Below are positions 26,802 through 32,000 of a stretch of DNA of 32,000 nucleotides, piece after piece (the stretch's first letter is position 1; each line of letters opens with the position of its first letter). Both the position numbers and the translations under genes were made by a program. The notes under the pieces were generated by a model. That model was not told the origin of the DNA and did not search any database. It saw only the letters and a program-made list of their open reading frames with translations. The stretch spans positions 1 to 32,000 of the forward strand of contig CAVRAI010000010.1 of the NCBI GenBank assembly GCA_963718915.1. The letters are read 5' to 3'. The DNA is from an uncultured Chloroflexia bacterium. GTDB lineage: Bacteria; Chloroflexota; Ktedonobacteria; Ktedonobacterales; JADMIN01.

Positions 26802-28196
26802 CTAATCCAGCGGCAACACCCACGAGAGGCGCGCGGGGAAGAGCGCCTCCAGCAGCGGGCGCACAGCATCGTTCACCCATATATCAGGATAGATCGCCTG
26901 CAATGCTGCCAGGCTATGATGGCCAAAGAGCAGTTGCAAAAAGACCAGCGGCGGGAATGCGGCGTTGCCAGCGTCCCACGCGCTCGGCGCCCATGCTTCG
27001 GCGGATGTAAGGCGGCCCGCCGCGAAGACCAGCCGCAGGCCGCCGCGATAGAAGCTCAATTTCACCTCACCCGTGTAGCCCACGACGATGCTGCCAGCCA
27101 GCCGCCGCTCCAGCGCTGGCATGATATGTGTGACGAACGCGGGTAGATCGGCGACGCGGACGTACCAGGCATACGGCGGCAACGCCAGAACTGGCGCTGA
27201 GGGAGGCAGCGCGTCATAGGCGGGATGCGCGCGGCCAAGTCCCAGCCCAATCACGGTGGCAGGCTGCGTGCGCGGGTGGGGCGCGCGCATGACAGAAGCC
27301 TGAGCGGCGAGCGCCCGCAGCACCGACGGCAGCACGGCGGTCATCGCCACACCCTCGTCGACGGCCAGCCCGCGCAGGCCAAATTGACTGCCATAGCGCG
27401 CGCGTGCGGTGAGCACGTAGCCGACGACGCGGCCGTCGCCGCCTAGGATGACCTGTGTCAGCCAGTTCTCATCGGTCTCCGGGTGCATGCCCGCGATGAC
27501 CCAGCGCCAGGTGGCTTCGTCTATCACGGCGGAGACGAGGGCAAGCACGCGGTCGTGGTCATAGAGCGCCATGACGCGCGGCAGGTCATCCGGTGTGGCG
27601 GCTCGCAGGGTATATGGCTCGGTTGTGTCCGCCGCCAGCGAGGGAATGGCGCCAATCGCGATTCTCCGGCTTCCGCCGAGGTCGAGCGCGTATTCATAGC
27701 CAAACTGGCGGTAGTAGTAGTAGATGCCGGTGATGCCGACGGCCAGATCCCCGCGCGCATCGCAACGGGCGTGCAGCAGCTCGAAGATAGCGCGAATCAG
27801 CCCGCGATTGCGATAGGCCAATTTGGTCGCCACCGCCTCGGGGCGGCCCACGGGGAAGGTGATACCGTCATACTCCCACGTCTGGCGCATCAGCACAGCG
27901 CCCGCGACGATCTCGCCCGTCGCGGTATCCTCCACCAGCGCGAAATCGCCCGGCCCGGCGAGCGGATGCCTGCCGCTCATCAAGTCTTCGACCCAGTGGC
28001 CAAACCAGATATTCGGCGGATCGCTTTCTTCATCGCGGAAAGCCTCGGCGCTGAGCCGCGCCAATCCCTCGACGTCCTTTTCAGTAGACCAGCGCAGGAG
28101 CAGTCCGCCATCCAGCGCGCGTCGATATGCGGGGGCCGCAAGCGCCACCTTCGACTCGCTTGCCACCGTCGATGTTAGTAATGACCCAGAAGACAC
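26802..28196 (-). CDS. Multi-domain GNAT N-acetyltransferase (Eis-like architecture)
   Basis: GNAT core VATKLAYRNRGLIRAIFELL with a YYYYRQFGYEYA segment, then a second GNAT-like region and a C-terminal extension. GTG 28196 has AAGGA 8 nt upstream. The stop is 13-31 nt from the kinase start. Confidence 0.75.
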   Translation of the reverse strand: MSSGSLLTSTVASESKVALAAPAYRRALDGGLLLRWSTEKDVEGLARLSAEAFRDEESDPPNIWFGHWVEDLMSGRHPLAGPGDFALVEDTATGEIVAGAVLMRQTWEYDGITFPVGRPEAVATKLAYRNRGLIRAIFELLHARCDARGDLAVGITGIYYYYRQFGYEYALDLGGSRRIAIGAIPSLAADTTEPYTLRAATPDDLPRVMALYDHDRVLALVSAVIDEATWRWVIAGMHPETDENWLTQVILGGDGRVVGYVLTARARYGSQFGLRGLAVDEGVAMTAVLPSVLRALAAQASVMRAPHPRTQPATVIGLGLGRAHPAYDALPPSAPVLALPPYAWYVRVADLPAFVTHIMPALERRLAGSIVVGYTGEVKLSFYRGGLRLVFAAGRLTSAEAWAPSAWDAGNAAFPPLVFLQLLFGHHSLAALQAIYPDIWVNDAVRPLLEALFPARLSWVLPLD

Positions 28197-28380
28197 AAAT
28201 CCAATCCTTTTCTTCCCCGTTCCATCCCAGACACGGCTTCAGTATGCCATATTGGCTGAGCCGCCTGTCTGGGGATTTCTGCCGGAAAAGATGGCAGCGG
28301 CGCGCCAGGCAATTGCGGGCGGCTGTATGTGCGACTATACTAGAAAGCAGGCGGCTGAACGGTGAAAGGAGTCAGGTACG

Positions 28381-29268
28381 TTGTCCTCGTCATTGCCCGC
28401 TTCATCCCCTTTACGTCCGTCACGAGCCGTGGGCTGGCGGGGTGTGACGCTTATCACGATACTCTTTCTCGCGCTGCTCCTTGGCTTGTTCGCTCTAGAG
28501 TGGCGCGCGCCCTATGATCTGTTCAGGGCGATCAGTCGGCTGAGCGGAGGCGTGCTCCCGCTGACGTTCCTGTTCTACGTAGTGACACTCGCTGTCATGC
28601 TGCTGGTGATGTTTGGCATTCAGCGTCTGAAGCCAGCGGATATTGGCCTCGTGTGGGCGAACGTGTATGGAGGCGTACTCACCTATCTCGCGATATGGGT
28701 CGGTTACCAGATACTCCTGGCGGGGCTGAGCATCGTGAGCGGGGGACACATCAGACTCGAAACGATGTGGAGCACGGCAGCGGATTATCCGTTGATCGCA
28801 GGCAGATTTATTACCTATGTTTTTGGCACGGCGCTCACCGAGGAGATCATCTTTCGTGGCTACCTGTTGCCGCAGTGCTGGCTCGCGCTACGCACTATAG
28901 GGCGTCCGTGGCCACGCCTTGGGCTGGCGTTGCTCATCTCGCAGGGCATCTTCGCGCTGGTTCATATTCCCGCTACACTCTTGCAAGGCGCCAGCATTGG
29001 GGATCTCCTGATCCATCTGGTGTCTCTCTTTGTGCTGGGTGTCCTCCTGGCGCTGGTCTATCTGCAAACCCGCAACCTCTTTGTCGTGGTCGCCATCCAC
29101 AGCCTCTCAGACTGGCCGATGCCGCTCTTCCATCAATCGGTTCTGGGCGATCTCAGCCTGTTATCCTTCGTCGCACTTGTCGCTGTGCTGTTGCTATGGC
29201 CCATTATTACCCGCCAGTCAGGGCTGAGGGAGATGGCGCAAGCGTTTCGCGCGGGCAAGAGCGCCTGA
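28381..29268 (+). CDS. CPBP (CAAX/Abi) family intramembrane glutamic endopeptidase
   Basis: Motif 1 TEEIIFRGY (EExxxR), motif 2 FALVH (FxxxH), motif 3 HSLSD. Multiple TM helices. TTG 28381 has AAAGGAG about 10 nt upstream. Confidence 0.8.
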   Translation: MSSSLPASSPLRPSRAVGWRGVTLITILFLALLLGLFALEWRAPYDLFRAISRLSGGVLPLTFLFYVVTLAVMLLVMFGIQRLKPADIGLVWANVYGGVLTYLAIWVGYQILLAGLSIVSGGHIRLETMWSTAADYPLIAGRFITYVFGTALTEEIIFRGYLLPQCWLALRTIGRPWPRLGLALLISQGIFALVHIPATLLQGASIGDLLIHLVSLFVLGVLLALVYLQTRNLFVVVAIHSLSDWPMPLFHQSVLGDLSLLSFVALVAVLLLWPIITRQSGLREMAQAFRAGKSA

Positions 29269-29291
29269 TGCGGTCCAGTCCGGTGGGGGCG

Positions 29292-29380
29292 GCTGGCGGC
29301 TGAAGCAGTTTTGCTTTTTACGCCGAACATCGGACGAAGTGGCGGGCGCGGCAGGCCGTAGCGTGAACGCTACGGCGAAT
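29292..29380 (+). repeat. Partial second copy of the MITE-like element (left arm plus core hairpin)
   Basis: GCTGGCGGCTGAAGCAGTTTT is identical over 21 nt to 3038..3058. TACGCCGAACA and GGCAGGCCGTAGC...GCTACGGCGAAT are shared with the first copy. I found no right inverted arm. Confidence 0.7.
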
Positions 29381-29591
29381 AGGCGGATGCCTTGGGGCGG
29401 AAATTCGCCGTGGCCTTCAGGCCCTGGTTGGTTCACCCCAACCCACTGTTTGGGGGAAATCTCTAACTACATCACGCGCCTGGGCTGTTTGCTGGTCCTG
29501 GCGAGGGTGCGGCGCTTGCGCGATCCCGCTATACTGTAAGCGACAAGGGCAATGGCTGCAACGAAGCGACCGGAGCGCACACACTGATCGT

Positions 29592-29636
29592 GTCCCTGAA
29601 TCCCGCGCGAGGCGTGCGTGGGCGGGGACTTTTTTT
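29592..29636 (+). terminator. Terminator-like hairpin plus T7 tract 39 nt upstream of argC (terminator or attenuator)
   Basis: GTCCC (29592..29596) pairs with GGGAC (29625..29629). Inner pairing options exist (CCCGC/GCGGG, CGCGC/GTGCG). The hairpin is followed directly by TTTTTTT (29630..29636). Confidence 0.45.
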
Positions 29637-29674
29637 GCGCCCTTCCCCGGCATTTAGAATAAGCAGGCGAGACG

Positions 29675-30706
29675 ATGGCATTATCTTCTTCACGGATTCC
29701 GGTGGCGGTGGTCAACGGCACTGGATATGGCGGCGGCGAGCTATTACGACTGCTGCGCCGCCACCCGATGTTTGAGCTTGTCGAGGTGACGGCACGCTCG
29801 GATGCAGGTCAGCGCATCGGCGATGTCTTTCCACATTTGGGACACATGGAGCGCACCTTCGGCGAGGACGTAACGCGGGCGGAGCTGGTCTTCGTCGCCC
29901 TGCCAGATGACGCCGCCATCGAGTGCGTTCCTGAGTATCTGCGCGCGGGCCGACGGGTAGTGGACCTCTCGGCGGGCTTCCGGTTGCGCGAGCGGGCGCT
30001 CTATCCGCGCTGGTACGGCTACGAGCATCCAGCGCCCGCACTGTTGGAGTCGGCGGTCTATGGGCTGGCCGAGTGGGCGCGCGACGAACTGCCCAATGCT
30101 CAACTCGTCGCGGTACCGGGCTGCTATCCGACGGCTGCGCTCCTGCCACTGCTGCCGCTGCTGGCCGCCAATATGATCGAGCCTGATGTGATTGTGGATG
30201 CCAAGTCGGGCGTGAGCGGAGCGGGGCGCACGCTGCGCCTGAGCAGCCACTTCAGCGAGGTGAACGAGGACGTGAGCGCCTATGGACTGGGCGGCCATCG
30301 CCACCTGCCCGAGATTCGCCAGCAGCTCGAACGCGCCGCCGATACGCCTGTGCGGCTGACTTTCACGCCGCATCTCGTGCCGATGACGCGCGGCATCCTG
30401 GCGACCAGCTACGCGACTCCGCGCCCCGGTGTGACGCTCGACGACGCGCGCGCCGCGCTGGAAAGCGCCTACCTTGGCTCACCGTTCGTGTGGGTGATGG
30501 AGCAGCCGCCACACACGAAGTGGACGCTCGGTGGGAACCTCTGTTACATCACGCCCGCGTGGGACACCGAGAGCGAGCGGCTGATTCTGGTAAGCGCAAT
30601 CGATAATCTGGTGAAGGGCGCGGCGGGCCAGGCGATTCAGTGCGCCAATCTGATGTATGGACTGGACGAGGCGGTAGGATTGCCGCGCGAAGGAGTGTAC
30701 CCCTGA
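29675..30706 (+). CDS. argC: N-acetyl-gamma-glutamyl-phosphate reductase
   Basis: N-terminal NAD fold VAVVNGTGYGGGELLRLL and active-site Cys context VAVPGCYPTAALL. Length is 343 aa. Confidence 0.93.
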   Translation: MALSSSRIPVAVVNGTGYGGGELLRLLRRHPMFELVEVTARSDAGQRIGDVFPHLGHMERTFGEDVTRAELVFVALPDDAAIECVPEYLRAGRRVVDLSAGFRLRERALYPRWYGYEHPAPALLESAVYGLAEWARDELPNAQLVAVPGCYPTAALLPLLPLLAANMIEPDVIVDAKSGVSGAGRTLRLSSHFSEVNEDVSAYGLGGHRHLPEIRQQLERAADTPVRLTFTPHLVPMTRGILATSYATPRPGVTLDDARAALESAYLGSPFVWVMEQPPHTKWTLGGNLCYITPAWDTESERLILVSAIDNLVKGAAGQAIQCANLMYGLDEAVGLPREGVYP

Positions 30707-31590
30707 TGGCGGACGCGATAGCAAGTGTGGGTGAGCTGGCGGCTGCCAGCCAGGTTGCGCGACACGCCGTCATCGCGCAGGTGCTGCGTGAGGCGCAACC
30801 GTACATCGAGACGCTGCGGGGGCGGACGCTGGTCATCAAGCTGGGCGGCAGCACGCTCGACAATCAACGCGACGCGCTCGAAGATATCGTCTGGCTGCGC
30901 GGATTGGGCGCGCACCCGGTGCTGGTGCATGGCGGCGGGCCAGAGATCAACGACTGGCTGGAGCGGGTGGGCCTGCCGCGACGATTCGAGCGCGGCCTGC
31001 GCGTAACCGACGCCGCGACGCTCGATGTCGTGCGGATGGTGCTTGCGGGCAAGGTGAACGGCGACCTGGTGCGGCTGCTCGTGAGCCTGGGCGGCAGGGC
31101 CATCGGTCTCTCTGGCATCGACGGCGGCCTGCTTCATGCGCGCCAGATTGCGGCTGACCTGGGCTATGTTGGCGCGGTCACCAGTGTGGACGCCGGGGTC
31201 ATTACGGCGTTGAGCGCGGCTGGCTTCATCCCGGTTATCGCGCCCATCGCGCTGGGGGATGACAATACGGTGCTGAATGTCAACGCCGATGACGCCGCCG
31301 CCGATCTGGCTCGCGGCCTGAGCGCCACCAAGCTGCTCTATCTGAGCGACGTTCCTGGCGTCCTGGATGCGCAGGGCAGACTGCTCTCGGTGCTGACCGA
31401 CCATGAGGTGCGGGCGTTGATCGATCAGGACGTGATCTCCGGCGGGATGATCCCGAAGGCGGAGGCGGCGCTGCGGGCGCTGGAGACGACCGAGCGCGTC
31501 CACATCGTCGATGGCCGCGAGCCACACGTGCTGATCCGCGAGCTTTTCACGCACGAAGGCGCGGGCACGATGATCCAGCGGGCGCGATAG
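30706..31590 (+). CDS. argB: Acetylglutamate kinase
   Basis: LVIKLGGS, VLVHGGGPEIN, NVNADDAAADLA. ATG 30706 overlaps the argC stop (TGATG). The N-terminal extension before the kinase core is the type seen in arginine-sensitive NAGKs. Confidence 0.93.
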   Translation: MADAIASVGELAAASQVARHAVIAQVLREAQPYIETLRGRTLVIKLGGSTLDNQRDALEDIVWLRGLGAHPVLVHGGGPEINDWLERVGLPRRFERGLRVTDAATLDVVRMVLAGKVNGDLVRLLVSLGGRAIGLSGIDGGLLHARQIAADLGYVGAVTSVDAGVITALSAAGFIPVIAPIALGDDNTVLNVNADDAAADLARGLSATKLLYLSDVPGVLDAQGRLLSVLTDHEVRALIDQDVISGGMIPKAEAALRALETTERVHIVDGREPHVLIRELFTHEGAGTMIQRAR

Positions 31591-31758
31591 GCGGCGCGCC
31601 GAAATGTCTTTCGCGCCACACAACTGGTGCAATTCCGCGGTCGCGCCTGCCCAGACCTTTCAATGGAGACGAATATCGCGTACTATTGCGTATAACTGGC
31701 TGCACATAAGACGGGACCTCTGATGCGCTAGCAGCGCGAGTGAATTGAGGGCGTCAGG

Positions 31759-32000
31759 ATGAGCAATTACGCGCATACACGGGCACGCACACACCGCACG
31801 TCGGCAGCGGCATTGGACGATGAGAAGAGCCGCGTGGCCCTGCGCCCTTCCACGCGCGACCAGACGGGGAGCGATGACGCCTCCCTAACCCCTGAGAATG
31901 CCTCTCCGGCCAATGCCGCGCTCAATGATCCGAGCTATAACTTTGGCCAGATTGCCGTTCAGCCCGCGCCAGCAATGGAGCCGCAGACGAAGCTGCGTGT
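31759..32000 (+). CDS. 5' part of a DUF4157-like (putative zincin) protein; runs off the window
   Basis: ATG 31759 has GAGGG 7 nt upstream and the frame is open to the window end. The disordered N-terminus ends in YNFGQIAVQPAPAMEPQTKLR. This resembles the h-F-s-x-I-x-V ... IQTKL lead-in typical of DUF4157 proteins (from memory). Confidence 0.5.
   Translation, partial: MSNYAHTRARTHRTSAAALDDEKSRVALRPSTRDQTGSDDASLTPENASPANAALNDPSYNFGQIAVQPAPAMEPQTKLR

Noticed and set aside
29590-29775. Arg-rich 61-aa ORF overlapping the terminator-like hairpin upstream of argC, considered as an arginine attenuation leader peptide.
   Set aside because: It starts at GTG without an SD and runs into argC in another frame with no stop before the structure. 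Its Arg richness matches what any frame of this GC-rich DNA gives.

Overview
GC-rich bacterial chromosomal window. Gene content and repeat style suggest a Chloroflexota/Ktedonobacteria-like or actinobacteria-like monoderm, but this is inference only. I support about 27 protein-coding genes and saw no rRNA, tRNA, CRISPR array, transposase or integrase. Left to right: VOC and GNAT genes; an atypical MDR dehydrogenase; an OmpR-type response regulator with its histidine kinase; and a five-gene minus-strand operon (phosphosulfolactate synthase ComA-like, VOC, adenylate-forming ligase, AT3 membrane acyltransferase, exported esterase lipoprotein). Then come a pentapeptide-repeat/pore-domain fusion, an 8-TM protein, phosphohexomutase, pspA plus a PspAA-like gene, a split DinB gene, an APH-fold kinase, a BNR lipoprotein, and htpX plus a conserved 194-aa partner. 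The right part holds an LLM oxidoreductase, a strongly signalled orphan gene, a small TM protein coupled to a lactate-2-monooxygenase-like flavoenzyme, an Eis-like GNAT plus a second APH kinase, a CPBP protease, argC-argB, and the start of a DUF4157-like gene. The best candidate for an undescribed system is the ComA-ligase-AT3-esterase operon, whose logic resembles Dlt-type envelope acylation with a sulfonated substrate (hypothesis). Other notable points: two apparent +1 frameshifts (ligase, DinB); three families of structured intergenic repeats whose stems covary between copies, one copy sitting in-frame inside a kinase gene; a MITE-like element with inverted arms; and two 11-bp-period tandem repeats. 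All calls rest on reading motifs by eye; no searches were run.
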